Counted from the first letter of the stretch, positions 42,315 through 52,264 are shown. The stretch is DNA of 64,000 bases from Paramoeba atlantica (GCA_977017575.1 CDRNVI010000012.1:62001-126000); one strand, 5' to 3'. Translations and numbers: made by a program. Notes: a model not told the origin generated them from the letters alone.

Positions 42315-42809
42315 TGCTGCTTCGTTTTATCATAGTAGATGCGAAAAAAAGTAAATGCGCTTTCGTGCAGAGAAACTGATGTGTGTACTTGTAGCAAGTG
42401 CGACATGCGAGTTCAATGACGGGATAGCAATTTAGAATTTGTAGCTATAAAAATTTCGGCATGCAAAACATTATTCTGTGAATATTTGGAAAAATAGCGT
42501 TATTTGGCTCTTACAATCTTGTTTCTTGCATTAAAAAGTTAGGCTCCTGTAGATATTTTGAAACCAAAATGGGGAAAAAAACATTTTGAAACCAAAGTAG
42601 TTGCGTTTTAGGCAATGTGCCGTAAAATTGGCCTCAGATTTTCAATGAAGCGGGATTTCTATTTTGGGAAATGGTCATCGTACATAACCTGCATCTCATT
42701 CATACACCTTTCTTCATAGGAACATGAATTTTAGTTTCAACTAAATGACACTATCTCGGCGGCATTGCCGTTTCTGAAAAAAATATCTGAAACGACTCAA
42801 CTTCACCTA

Positions 42810-44110
42810 CACACGCCTACACCATGTCCTCATCTACTGCGCCGCCTCGACGTTTCGAGCGTCGCGACCCACCCCCCGGTCGCCCACCCCCCCGCCCCAC
42901 CGACGACCACCACTCCTCCCTCGGCCCCAACACCGCCGCCAACAAGGAACTCCTCCGTGACTTCTTCCTCACCACCCGTGGGCCACCCCCCCTCGACCTC
43001 CCACCCCCCGACACCAGCTCCCCCCCGTACTACCCCCCCCTCCTCCACGCCATCGCCTCCCGTCAACGCTCCACCCTCCCCTTCTCCCTCCCCACCCTCG
43101 CCGCGCACAGCCCCGAATGCCACACCCTCGCCCACCACATGACCACCAACATCCTCTCCGCACTCGAGGACGTCACGGAGGTCGTGGACTCACTTCTCCC
43201 CTCTTCTTCTTCCACGACTCCTTCCACTCCCCCCCCTCCCCCCGCCGACCTCCTCGACCACCTCTCCCTTGAGTTCGGCGACCAGCTCCCCAGGGCTCTT
43301 ACCCGTCGCTTCCGTCTCGAGCTCACCCCCCTTCCCCCTTCAACTCCCCCCCTTCACCACTCCCCCTTCACCCCCCTGCGCCACATGAAGGCCACGCTCA
43401 CCGGCGCCCTCCTCCAGCTCCGCGGCACCGTCACCAGCGCCTCCCCGGTGCGCCCCGTGCTGCGCGTGCTCACCGCGCTGTGCGAGCTGTGCTCCGCGGT
43501 GACCTTCGTGGAGGTCCCCGGGGACACGTTCACGATGCCCACCAAGTGCGGGAGTGGGCGCTGCCGCGGGTCCGGGCCCGGGGGGGGCGGGATGCTGCGA
43601 CCGCAGTACCAGGCGTCCCGGATGACGAGCTACCAGGAGCTGCGGCTGCAGGAGCTGCGGGGGGACGTGCCGCGGGGGACACTGCCGCGGACGGTGAAGG
43701 TGGTGTGTGAGGGGGAGCTGTGCTGTGGGGTGGCGTCGCCGGGGGGGACGGTGGTGGTGCTGGGGGCGCTGGTGCCGGATTTGTCGTACAGTGTGTCGAG
43801 GCGGTTCAGGGGGGATTGTCAGGTGACGCTGGTGGTGCAGGCGTTGAGGTGTACGCCGATGAGGAGGGATTACGCGGAGGGGCTGCCGTCGGGGGAGGTT
43901 ACGGCGGCGTTGCAAGGGGTGCGGGGGGAGGAGGATGCGACGAGGATGCGGAAGGCGGTGAATAGTATTGCGCCGGAGATTTTTGGGCTCTCGGAGGTGA
44001 AGAAGGTGGTGTTGTGTCTGCTCGCGGGCGGGGACTCGGTGCACACGAAGGACGGGATGATTATTCGTGGGGATATTAATGCCTTGCTTACGGGAGACCC
44101 TGGGGTGGCG
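42810..44110. other. Strongest C-rich to G-rich skew-flip island (flip about 43480); weaker second flip about 44800
   Basis: Near-exclusive C-ending codons 42850-43450 and G/T-ending codons 43530-44110. Confidence 0.85.
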
Positions 44111-45184
44111 AAGTCGCAAATCCTAAAGTGGGTCTCGGGCGTCGCCACCCGGGGCGTGTTCACCTCCGGAATGGGAAGCTCTGGGGTAGGGCTCACCGCC
44201 GCCGTGGTCAGCGACCCCATCACCGGGGAAAACATGCTCGAGCCCGGTACGCTGATTTTCGCCGACAAAGGAGTGTGTTGTATTGACGAGTTCGATAAGA
44301 TGAACGAAAGCGATCGCACCGCGCTGCACGAGGTGATGGAGCAGCAAACCATTAGTCTCGCAAAGGCGGGGATTATCACCACAATGAACTGCCGCACTGC
44401 AGTGCTCGCCGCCAGTAACCCACAGTACGGGCGGTGGAACAGCTCCCGCACCCCCATGGAGAACATTAACCTCCCCACCGCACTGTTCTCCCGGTTTGAC
44501 ATCGTCTGGGTTATCCGGGATCGTTACAACGAGGAGGACGACAAGAATCTGGCCACCCATGTCGCGCTGGTGCACACCCACCCCGAGGCTGCGGTGACGC
44601 AAGACCGACACGACCCCAACGCCGCCGGCGTGTCCACTCTGGACGAGCCCACGCTAGGCACCGATCGTTGCTACGACCGTCCCACGCTGCTCGCGTACCT
44701 GGCCGATATCAAGTCCGTCCAACCTCGATTTTCCCCCTCGAGTGTCCAGTTGATTACGGATCTGTACTTGCTGATGCGACGAGAGGGCAACCACGGGTTC
44801 GCGGTGACCACACGTAACCTGCTGGGTATTCTCCGTCTCTCCCGGGCTCTCGCTCGTCTGCGGTACAGCCCCGCGATTGAGGATGCGGACATTAAGGAGG
44901 CCGCGCGGCTGCTGGAGCTCAGTCGGGTGAGCCTCGTGGAGCAGCCCGAGGTCACCCACCGTGGGGCACTGCAGAAGAGCGACGTGTACAACATGATTCG
45001 AGACTTCTTCGGGGCCCTCCCCGCCGGGTCCGTGGTGCAGGTCCAAGAGTGCCGAGATGGGTTACGCAGGCAAGGGGTCTCGGAGGCCATGTTGCGAGAG
45101 ACGATTGATATGTATACCCTGCTGCGGGTGTGGACGCATGGGGAGAACTACGACGTGCTGCATATGGTAAGTGGACTGAGTTAA
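42824..45184 (+). CDS. MCM7: MCM2-7 helicase subunit, most like MCM7
   Basis: GDPGVAKSQIL, GSSGVGLTAAV, CCIDEFDKM, DRTALHEVMEQQTIS, LFSRFD, TTRNLLGILRLS. Confidence 0.9.
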   Translation: MSSSTAPPRRFERRDPPPGRPPPRPTDDHHSSLGPNTAANKELLRDFFLTTRGPPPLDLPPPDTSSPPYYPPLLHAIASRQRSTLPFSLPTLAAHSPECHTLAHHMTTNILSALEDVTEVVDSLLPSSSSTTPSTPPPPPADLLDHLSLEFGDQLPRALTRRFRLELTPLPPSTPPLHHSPFTPLRHMKATLTGALLQLRGTVTSASPVRPVLRVLTALCELCSAVTFVEVPGDTFTMPTKCGSGRCRGSGPGGGGMLRPQYQASRMTSYQELRLQELRGDVPRGTLPRTVKVVCEGELCCGVASPGGTVVVLGALVPDLSYSVSRRFRGDCQVTLVVQALRCTPMRRDYAEGLPSGEVTAALQGVRGEEDATRMRKAVNSIAPEIFGLSEVKKVVLCLLAGGDSVHTKDGMIIRGDINALLTGDPGVAKSQILKWVSGVATRGVFTSGMGSSGVGLTAAVVSDPITGENMLEPGTLIFADKGVCCIDEFDKMNESDRTALHEVMEQQTISLAKAGIITTMNCRTAVLAASNPQYGRWNSSRTPMENINLPTALFSRFDIVWVIRDRYNEEDDKNLATHVALVHTHPEAAVTQDRHDPNAAGVSTLDEPTLGTDRCYDRPTLLAYLADIKSVQPRFSPSSVQLITDLYLLMRREGNHGFAVTTRNLLGILRLSRALARLRYSPAIEDADIKEAARLLELSRVSLVEQPEVTHRGALQKSDVYNMIRDFFGALPAGSVVQVQECRDGLRRQGVSEAMLRETIDMYTLLRVWTHGENYDVLHMVSGLS

Positions 45185-45359
45185 GGGGGTGGGGATGTGG
45201 ATGAGAAAAAATGATCCTTTTGTGTAGTTTTTTGGATCGTACCGTTTTGGTAGAGTGTTATTGTACAGCGCTTCCTGAAAGTGTGTACTGTTTTCGCAAG
45301 TACACGTATGCTGTCACTCTTGATTAAACATGGTATGGTTGCAAAGGTAAGTTCTTGTT

Positions 45360-45389
45360 TTTGCTGTATTTCATTTCTTTCTGTTACAG
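45360..45389 (+). promoter_or_regulatory. Candidate trans-splice acceptor for uL13m
   Basis: TTTCATTTCTTTCTGTTACAG, 11 nt before ATG 45401. Confidence 0.45.
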
Positions 45390-45400
45390 ATATCCCTCCG

Positions 45401-46033
45401 ATGTTGCAAAAGAGTCCTCTCTGCCTCGATGTTTACATGAACCGAGGTGGTTTCCCGCATTTCCTAAAGCGCCATAAGCACCACCCGTTCGGTAAAATTT
45501 TGTACAACGAAATCTCAAAACCTTATGTACACCGTGACTGCGAGAGGTGGTGGTTGCTGGATGCGACAGGAATGCAAATGCCGTTTCTCGCAAAGACCGT
45601 CTCACACTACGTCCAGGGTCATCACCGGGTCGATTTTGAGCAAGGAAAAATCATGGGAGACCACGTAGTGGTGATCAACTGCAAGGATGCCGTGATGGTA
45701 GGAGAGGAGTGGATCCGTGTGCCGATTCGGTGGGAGACAAAGTATCCCAGTGGTCGGTACTCCGTGCGCTGCGCTGACATGTACGATAAGGACCCCTGTA
45801 TGGTGGTGTGGCACTTCTTGCGTCGTGAGATTGTTGAGCGTGGTTGGAATCGCAAGGAACACTTGATGCAGGGTCATATGGAGAAAGCTTGGTTGTACAC
45901 GGACCACATCCACCCCCATATGGATAAAGACCCGCGCCCTGTGCCTTGGAGTGACCACAACCCACATTACTACGCTTGGACCTCTGAGCGGGCCAGAACA
46001 GGGAGGTGGGATCCGAATCCACAAATGCGGTAA
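45401..46033 (+). CDS. MRPL13: Mitochondrial ribosomal protein uL13m (kinetoplastid type)
   Basis: WWLLDATG, QGHHR, GDHVVVINC, WLYTDHIHPH. Confidence 0.7.
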   Translation: MLQKSPLCLDVYMNRGGFPHFLKRHKHHPFGKILYNEISKPYVHRDCERWWLLDATGMQMPFLAKTVSHYVQGHHRVDFEQGKIMGDHVVVINCKDAVMVGEEWIRVPIRWETKYPSGRYSVRCADMYDKDPCMVVWHFLRREIVERGWNRKEHLMQGHMEKAWLYTDHIHPHMDKDPRPVPWSDHNPHYYAWTSERARTGRWDPNPQMR

Positions 46034-46208
46034 CCTAATATGGGGAGGTTGTGTTGAGTTGTAGATGTTGTGTTGAGTTGTAGATGTCCCTGTACAATGA
46101 TATGTACACTACACTGGAGTGACTACAGTGGAGTTGTACAAAAGAATTTTTTGAACATAATGTATTCATTTTCTTTAGAAATATTGCAGTTACTTATCCT
46201 ACATTCAA

Positions 46209-47543
46209 ATGCAAGCCGTTCCACAGTCTCCCATTCACGACAGCACATGGAAAAATGCGCTCCATGGCACCGTAATCGTATGCGCACTCCAGCTCTTGCG
46301 TAGTTTGTGGCAACAACGCAAAGCGTCTCGTCAGCCTACCTCTAGCGCCCTGCAACGACTGAAGAAAGCCAGCCGAGCAAAGGACTTCGCAGCCGTCGAG
46401 AGTGTCGTGGACGACCTCCTCTCCCTCCTAGAAGACGATTTACAAAACAAAAAAGCCGGATCCAAACTGGAACTCGAACACAACTTCCACCACTTAGTCA
46501 CCCACCTCCTCGCCCACCACAACAGCATCACCGAGGTCTGTCTCCTCAAAGCCCTCCGTCTCATCCGCCAATGCTGCCACGACGACCCCCCGTGCAGCGC
46601 CGCCTTCGCCCACGCCCACGGCATCCGTCATCTCGTCTCCCTCCTGCAAAACGCCCACGCCCACGCTTCCCTCGCCCCCATGACCGAGATCGCCCACACC
46701 CTTTTCCAGTGCACCGCTGTCCCTTCTGAGTCCTCTGAGTCCCCTGAGTCTCCCCCCGCCCCCTCCGCGGCCCTCGCACTCCTCTCCCTCTCCTCTGTGG
46801 TCAACTCCATGCTACGCACGCTGGACCCCACTGCCCCCGAGCCCTTCCTGGCCGCCATGGTCGGGGTCTGTGCCAACCTGTGTGCGCTCCCCCACGGCTG
46901 CCGTACCCTCGCAACCGCCGTGGACGACAAGCCCGGGGCGGGGTACTTTATTCCCTTGTTGGCCCACAGTGGCAGTAGTGGGAGTAGTGGGAGTAGCAGT
47001 AACTCGGGTAACGTCGTGGAACGCGCCCTGCTGGTGTTACACCGTATGGCGACCCACGCGCTGCCGGATTGCGTGGCTGTGCTGCGGGGGCCGGAGAGTG
47101 TCCACGCGCTGGTGGAGCTGCTGGAGGTGCGTCGGGGGGGGAGCATCGCGGGGATCGCGCTGCAGGTGGTGGGGGTGATGGTGCAGGAGACCGGGAGGGA
47201 GGACCGGGAGGGGTTTCTGCGGGAGTTTGTGTTGCAGGATGGGATTGATGGGTTGTACACGTTGTGGTGTTCCGGGACGGATCGGGGGTGTAGGGACCGG
47301 GCGGAGGGGTTGGTGCAGGTACTGGATCGGGATGCGGTGTGGGGAGGGACGGTGCAGAAGTTAAGGGAGGTGTATGGGTCGATGATTGCACGTCGTCGAG
47401 AGGCGGACCAAAAGGAGCAGAAGCAACGGATGCAGAGTATGCAGCAACAGCGTATGTTTCAGCAGATGATGATGGAGCAGATGGGAATGGGTGAGGGGAT
47501 GGGAGGAGGGATGGATGAGATGATGGGCGAGGAAGAGATGTAG
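46209..47543 (+). CDS. ARM/HEAT-repeat protein of unknown function with Gln/Met/Gly-rich tail
   Basis: LKALRLIRQCC, GIRHLVSLL, AMVGVCANLC, VERALLVLHRM helical repeats. Confidence 0.55.
   Translation: MQAVPQSPIHDSTWKNALHGTVIVCALQLLRSLWQQRKASRQPTSSALQRLKKASRAKDFAAVESVVDDLLSLLEDDLQNKKAGSKLELEHNFHHLVTHLLAHHNSITEVCLLKALRLIRQCCHDDPPCSAAFAHAHGIRHLVSLLQNAHAHASLAPMTEIAHTLFQCTAVPSESSESPESPPAPSAALALLSLSSVVNSMLRTLDPTAPEPFLAAMVGVCANLCALPHGCRTLATAVDDKPGAGYFIPLLAHSGSSGSSGSSSNSGNVVERALLVLHRMATHALPDCVAVLRGPESVHALVELLEVRRGGSIAGIALQVVGVMVQETGREDREGFLREFVLQDGIDGLYTLWCSGTDRGCRDRAEGLVQVLDRDAVWGGTVQKLREVYGSMIARRREADQKEQKQRMQSMQQQRMFQQMMMEQMGMGEGMGGGMDEMMGEEEM
46400..47540. other. C-rich to G-rich skew-flip island (flip about 46930)
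   Basis: C-rich 46480-46860, G/T-rich 46970-47540. Confidence 0.8.
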
Positions 47544-47876
47544 CGGTTCATGAGTCTATGGACCTTGCGTAGAACTTGTCAACGAACGGGGGGGGATACA
47601 TTGTTACGTTTATGGATTAGCTGAATGTGACGAACTACTAATGCTTTACAAAATTTAGTACGTACATTACGTGCGTCTAAAAATTGTATAAATATGGATT
47701 ATCTCGGCTTTCAAGAAGATAACCAGCACGAAAATGGAAAGCAACGAATGTTTTATCCGATAGTCGACCTTTTTTTGTGATAGTACGTTTCAAATGAAAT
47801 ACTTTTACGAAGGCTCTGTATAACATAATGTTGGATTTAGAAAACCAATTCTTTTATCAATGCTATTGATCCAAAA

Positions 47877-49118
47877 ATGAACTCGTTGAGGGAAGACATT
47901 GACACGGAGGCGCTTCTGAACTGGTTTACATTTTCACGTGCCACGGGATCTTTGCCCCACTTCTGGAGTTTACTTCGCACTCCTCGTTATGACCCATTTT
48001 TCTTTACCTTGCTACCTCCCAAGTTGAAAGCAACGCTTCGTATCCTGTGCCGTGTTCTACCCTATGAGTGTTTTGATCTTGTCAAAGATTGGGTAACGAT
48101 CGTTGGAAACACGGATTCAGTAAGCGAAAAAGCATTGGAGGGGACGAAAGGTTTCTCTGTAAGCCCGAATGATTCGACCCGTTTGTTTGCACGAGTCAGA
48201 CCACGCGGTATAGCTACAAACGCGTCTGCAATGACTACGGAGGACTTGCTATACTGCTTCCAAAGATACGGATTTATCTCAGCCGAGCACATCGCGGGAA
48301 ATGATTACTACATTGAACTCGATTCCAGCGAGCAAGTAACAGCGGCTGTGAGTGACAGACAACCACATCCCTACATACAGTTTATGGCCTTTTGTGGTAA
48401 TGACTTTTCCGCCACAGACTTAAAAGAAGCCCATCTGCTTTTATCCGATCATCAGGATGAACATTCTATGGAAGGTAAAGGTACGACAGAAGTTCCATCA
48501 CTTGTGTTCGATCCCGACCACCCATTACTTCATACAGACGGATTCGTTCCCGATCTTGTAGTGGATAACATTTCACCGTATATCACTGACGAACAGCTGA
48601 CAGAGTACTTTCGGGAGTATGGTACAGTGGAAGAGCTTCGGATGAGTACAAATGACCGCAGTGGTATGCACTATGGTTGTGCTGTGGTTCAAATGAAAAC
48701 TGCAGCGGAGGCTTTCGGCGCGGCCGATGGGCTCCATGAGAAACGAATTATGGGTAAACCTATTTTGGTGGGGTACGTAAATCCTGCATTGGAGTTGTGC
48801 AATCTTCGCACGGGAAATCCCTTGCGGATTCGCTCAACCAAACTTGGGAGGGTACCCAAGCACTTTAACGTTGAAAACAACATGGAACAGGAAACTGTTT
48901 CATGTACGAGATTCCCTCGCGAAGAACCCGTAGTACAAGCCGGTTCGGTCTCAGACACTGCGTGGTATCCACAAGGGAATGAGCCACCTTCTCGATCCAG
49001 TGAGACAGCGGGTACACAACTCCCTCGGGGTATAGTCTGCTATTATTGTCGTGAGCCGGGCCACACAATACACATGTGCCCGGTGCGTTCTCGGGAGATG
49101 GTACAGCAAGGGTGGTAG
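47877..49118 (+). CDS. RRM plus CCHC zinc-knuckle RNA-binding protein
   Basis: LVVDNISPYITDEQLTEYFREYG, HYGCAVVQM, CYYCREPGHTIHMC. Confidence 0.7.
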   Translation: MNSLREDIDTEALLNWFTFSRATGSLPHFWSLLRTPRYDPFFFTLLPPKLKATLRILCRVLPYECFDLVKDWVTIVGNTDSVSEKALEGTKGFSVSPNDSTRLFARVRPRGIATNASAMTTEDLLYCFQRYGFISAEHIAGNDYYIELDSSEQVTAAVSDRQPHPYIQFMAFCGNDFSATDLKEAHLLLSDHQDEHSMEGKGTTEVPSLVFDPDHPLLHTDGFVPDLVVDNISPYITDEQLTEYFREYGTVEELRMSTNDRSGMHYGCAVVQMKTAAEAFGAADGLHEKRIMGKPILVGYVNPALELCNLRTGNPLRIRSTKLGRVPKHFNVENNMEQETVSCTRFPREEPVVQAGSVSDTAWYPQGNEPPSRSSETAGTQLPRGIVCYYCREPGHTIHMCPVRSREMVQQGW

Positions 49119-49141
49119 CGACATACACCTACGTTATTCTA

Positions 49142-49265
49142 CAGGGGGTGTCACGAAAATATGGGGGGGTTAAATTTTTTATAACTTGTCCAATTTTAGA
49201 AAAGAGCACCGCATTCGAGAGCTCTCGCAGAGATACGTGTCACCTGCTATTGCGTTTCCCGTATT
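49142..49265. mobile_element. Tc1-type end fragment, TA|CAGGGGG..CACGAAAA family
   Basis: Same terminal motif as 52223 and the reverse complement of 35938-35959. Confidence 0.6.
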
Positions 49266-49295
49266 CAGGGGGGTAGGTCCCTATTGAAATTAAAA

Positions 49296-49347
49296 GCGGG
49301 TACATGGGGTACGTACTCCGGGTACGTACCCCCATGTACCCGCCTAG
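49296..49347. repeat. 21-bp GC-rich hairpin followed by CTAG
   Basis: GCGGGTACATGGGGTACGTAC-TCCGG-GTACGTACCCCCATGTACCCGC-CTAG-T. Confidence 0.75.
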
Positions 49348-49751
49348 TGGGTCCGTACCCGCTGTACCCGCCAAGGTATGGTAAGTGACTAAACTGCACC
49401 GAATCTATGTTTTCGCAGCCACTAAATCTGGAGACATGCGAATCTCGGTACGCAAAGCCCACAGAATCATCAAATAGCCGCAAATAGCTCGCAACTTGTC
49501 TCAGAAGCAACCGTCGAAGTAAGTGCCGGAGCCGTTAGTTGGTACCTGATTGTGTTTGCCTAGGATGTCAGTTTACAGGTTCCAGCGATGGGCTGATTGA
49601 ACAACTACTGTGGTAGTCTTGCAAGAAGAAAAAGTTATTATAAATAATAATAATAATGAGAATTTGGTAGGCTGTTTGTCTGTCGATATTTTTCAAAGTA
49701 TATTCTTATAAAATATACAATACTTATTTATGACATAAAGTACGTGGGCCA

Positions 49752-50519
49752 ATGGATTCCTCAAGCGGTGACACTACTCTGGATATATTAAGTTCACTTT
49801 CTGAGCTGGAGAATAAATCAAGCACGACAAGGAATTCTAAGCCAGACACAAGATTTAGTGCCCCTTATACTGCGAATGCGCAACCAAATGGGGCTCCTAC
49901 ACCAACAGAGGAAGTTACTCGCACGACTAAGCGGTCGAGGAAACCTTCTTTCGATGACAAAAACATAAAGCGGTTGAAACAAGACGGACCAACCTTTTCC
50001 ATGCGCCAAGCTGTGCGAAAGTCCTTGAAAAAAATAGTTGGCACCGGGGTCGAAGAATTTGTGGACAACATTGAGGAGCAGATGTTCCAGCTCTACCCAC
50101 CTTTTCCATCTTCCTCTTCATTCTCCCCTCTGTATCTCTCTCGTCTACGTGCGTTACAAAACAACGCAAAAGCGGTAGCACACTTGCTAAAATCTTCTCT
50201 TTTGTCCGATCGTATGCACACTCCTCTCACTGGCAAGGCCTCGCTTGCAGGGTCGGAAAATCACACGCAGCGCATGATACGTCACATCGTACAGTGCCCC
50301 GTAGAAGAACTATTGCTGCCGGAGGATGTTTTACGGAAACGTTCTGAAATGGAGACTGCCCTTCGTGAGAAAATAACGCACGAGAATACACAGTGCCCAC
50401 GGTGCGGTAAGACTAACAAGGCTCTTCTTAACCTCAATCTTATGGCACTGGAAGAGAATAATCACTGGAGTTCCATGTTCGAGGATGACATGTGTTCGTG
50501 CACAGTGGAAAGCCCATGA
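49752..50519 (+). CDS. TFIIS-like protein (central domain plus degenerate zinc ribbon)
   Basis: RQAVRKSL...IEEQMFQLY...YLSRLRALQNN; TQCPRCGK...CSC; no ADEP hairpin. Confidence 0.55.
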   Translation: MDSSSGDTTLDILSSLSELENKSSTTRNSKPDTRFSAPYTANAQPNGAPTPTEEVTRTTKRSRKPSFDDKNIKRLKQDGPTFSMRQAVRKSLKKIVGTGVEEFVDNIEEQMFQLYPPFPSSSSFSPLYLSRLRALQNNAKAVAHLLKSSLLSDRMHTPLTGKASLAGSENHTQRMIRHIVQCPVEELLLPEDVLRKRSEMETALREKITHENTQCPRCGKTNKALLNLNLMALEENNHWSSMFEDDMCSCTVESP

Positions 50520-50716
50520 GCGGTGTTTGTGTCATAGGCTCTTCTCGAACTCCGCTTGCACATTCAACAGATGCAGTTTAGGTTGGCATGAATATGCGAC
50601 CTTCTCACTGTTCTATACATTTTATACATGTACTGGGGCTAAAGAAGCTATACGTCTTTCGTCCAGTATTTGGACCTCCGCTACCTATTTATGTCCTTCT
50701 ATGACAGTATCAAATA

Positions 50717-50827
50717 CTGTACCCCCCCCCTAGTTATCTGTCACACATCATCCCCCCTAGTTACCTGTCACTTTTTGTCATTTCGAATATTTTTTCGTCG
50801 ACCACCCCCCCTAGTTATCTGTCACAG
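50717..50827 (+). mobile_element. 111-bp mini-element, TA|CTGT...ACAG|TA, with three CCCCCCTAGTTAYCTGTCAC direct repeats
   Basis: Motifs at about 50725, 50752 and 50805; diverged copy at 13285-13397. Confidence 0.7.
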
Positions 50828-50875
50828 TAATACCAAATCATCTTCTTTGAAACTCATTCTTAATCCACAGAACCT

Positions 50876-51720
50876 TTAACTCCATCCCTCTACACTCTTC
50901 CTTCCCCGCTCCACCCACCCTACCCCCCCCCCTCCCCCATGCACACCGTCCTCCACAACAACCTCAACACCATCCTCCACCCCCTGTCCTCCGGAACACA
51001 AAAGCTTGCGATCCTCTCCCTCGGCTTCACCGCCGAGAACACCCTCACCCCCAAGCTCGCCCTGGAGCTCTCCACCAAGCTCGCCCAGCTCGCCTCCGCC
51101 CCCGCCATCCACGGCGTCGTCCTCACCTCCGCCTGGCCCCGCGTCTTCACCGCGGGCCCCTGCGTGCGCACGCTGCTGCAGCCCCGCACCCTACCCTTTG
51201 TGCTTCTCCAGAATGCCACCCGCACGCTCTACACCCAGCTGCTGCTGTACCCGAAGCCCACCGCCGTGGCCCTCGCGGGGCACTGCCCCTCCTATGGCCT
51301 CGGGCTCGCGCTGGCCTGTGATGAGCGGGTGATGGCCCATGGCCCGAGCCGAGGGGGGGAGAGGACGCCACACAGGAATCGGGAGGAGGGTGAGAGCACA
51401 GGGAAGGGGAAAACGGAAGGGAGGGGGGGAGGGGAGGGGTCGGTTGAGGCGTACCGTATTGGGTTTCCCGAGACGACGTTGGGGTTGACGGTGCCACGGT
51501 ATATGGTGGCGCATCTCGCCCATGTGGTGGGACCGGGTGTCGCGGAGAGACATGTGCGGGAGGGGAGGTTGTGGACGGCGTGTGAGGCGAAGGAGGTGGG
51601 GTTGGTTGATGAGGTGTGTTCAGAGGCTCAGGTGTTGCGTACCGCGATGGGGTGTATTTTGCCGCACACGCAGGGCTGTCCCTCAGCGTGGGTCCGGGCG
51701 AAATGTATGCTGCGGGGAAA
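50876..51720. other. C-rich to G-rich skew-flip island (flip about 51290) extending into 5' non-coding DNA
   Basis: C-runs upstream of ATG 50939, C-ending codons to about 51290, then G-rich. Confidence 0.85.
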
Positions 51721-51847
51721 TCTGGCGTATCAAGTAATGAATTCGGGGATGACGACACTGGACCGTGCGATATATGTGAATCATTTCCGAATGCACGCGG
51801 CGGAGATTTCGCGACGTGTGCGCAATGGTGGAGAAGGAAAGTTATGA
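50939..51847 (+). CDS. Crotonase-fold enoyl-CoA isomerase/hydratase (ECI1-like)
   Basis: GVVLTSAWPRVFTAG, GHCPSYGLGLALACDERVM, IGFPETTLGL, AKEVGLVDEV. Confidence 0.75.
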   Translation: MHTVLHNNLNTILHPLSSGTQKLAILSLGFTAENTLTPKLALELSTKLAQLASAPAIHGVVLTSAWPRVFTAGPCVRTLLQPRTLPFVLLQNATRTLYTQLLLYPKPTAVALAGHCPSYGLGLALACDERVMAHGPSRGGERTPHRNREEGESTGKGKTEGRGGGEGSVEAYRIGFPETTLGLTVPRYMVAHLAHVVGPGVAERHVREGRLWTACEAKEVGLVDEVCSEAQVLRTAMGCILPHTQGCPSAWVRAKCMLRGNLAYQVMNSGMTTLDRAIYVNHFRMHAAEISRRVRNGGEGKL

Positions 51848-52222
51848 GGGAGGAAGAATGAGATGTAGTTTTTGTAAAGAAGCTATTATCTTCAGCTTAT
51901 CTATCGTGCATAGAAGCCTTCCATGATAAATAAGTAAGTGTACCGTATGCCAAAAGATACATTGCTGTAAGTGCAGCGGGGATAACGAACAAATCTTCCA
52001 TGAGATGCTAATTCTTGCCTGTTGATAAGTTTCGCTATTATATTTTCTATTACCTTTTTATTTCTTGCTTCATTTCTTTTTTAATAAGAGAAGATAAACT
52101 TTTTTGAAGATAAACGAACGCGCAGAAGTCGGACTATGTATAGAAGAGCACTTGCAAATTTAATGTGTTGCAACCGGGAAATCGCAAGATACGTCACGTA
52201 CGGTTACCAATGATAATATGTA

Positions 52223-52262
52223 CAGGGGGGTGCACGAAAATATGGGGGGGTCTAAAATTATA
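52223..52262. mobile_element. Tc1-type end fragment that hosts the 52265 MITE
   Basis: TA|CAGGGGGGTGCACGAAAATATGGGGGGGTCTAAAA. Confidence 0.6.
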
Positions 52263-52264
52263 TA

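Noticed and set aside
42765-45090. Many alternative-frame and antisense ORFs over MCM7 and the other GC islands
   Set aside because: Expected from high GC and skew; the MCM frame carries all conserved motifs
50725-50825. Three 20-bp direct repeats as a mini-CRISPR
   Set aside because: Spacers are very unequal (about 7 and 33 bp), the context is eukaryotic and a dispersed diverged copy exists
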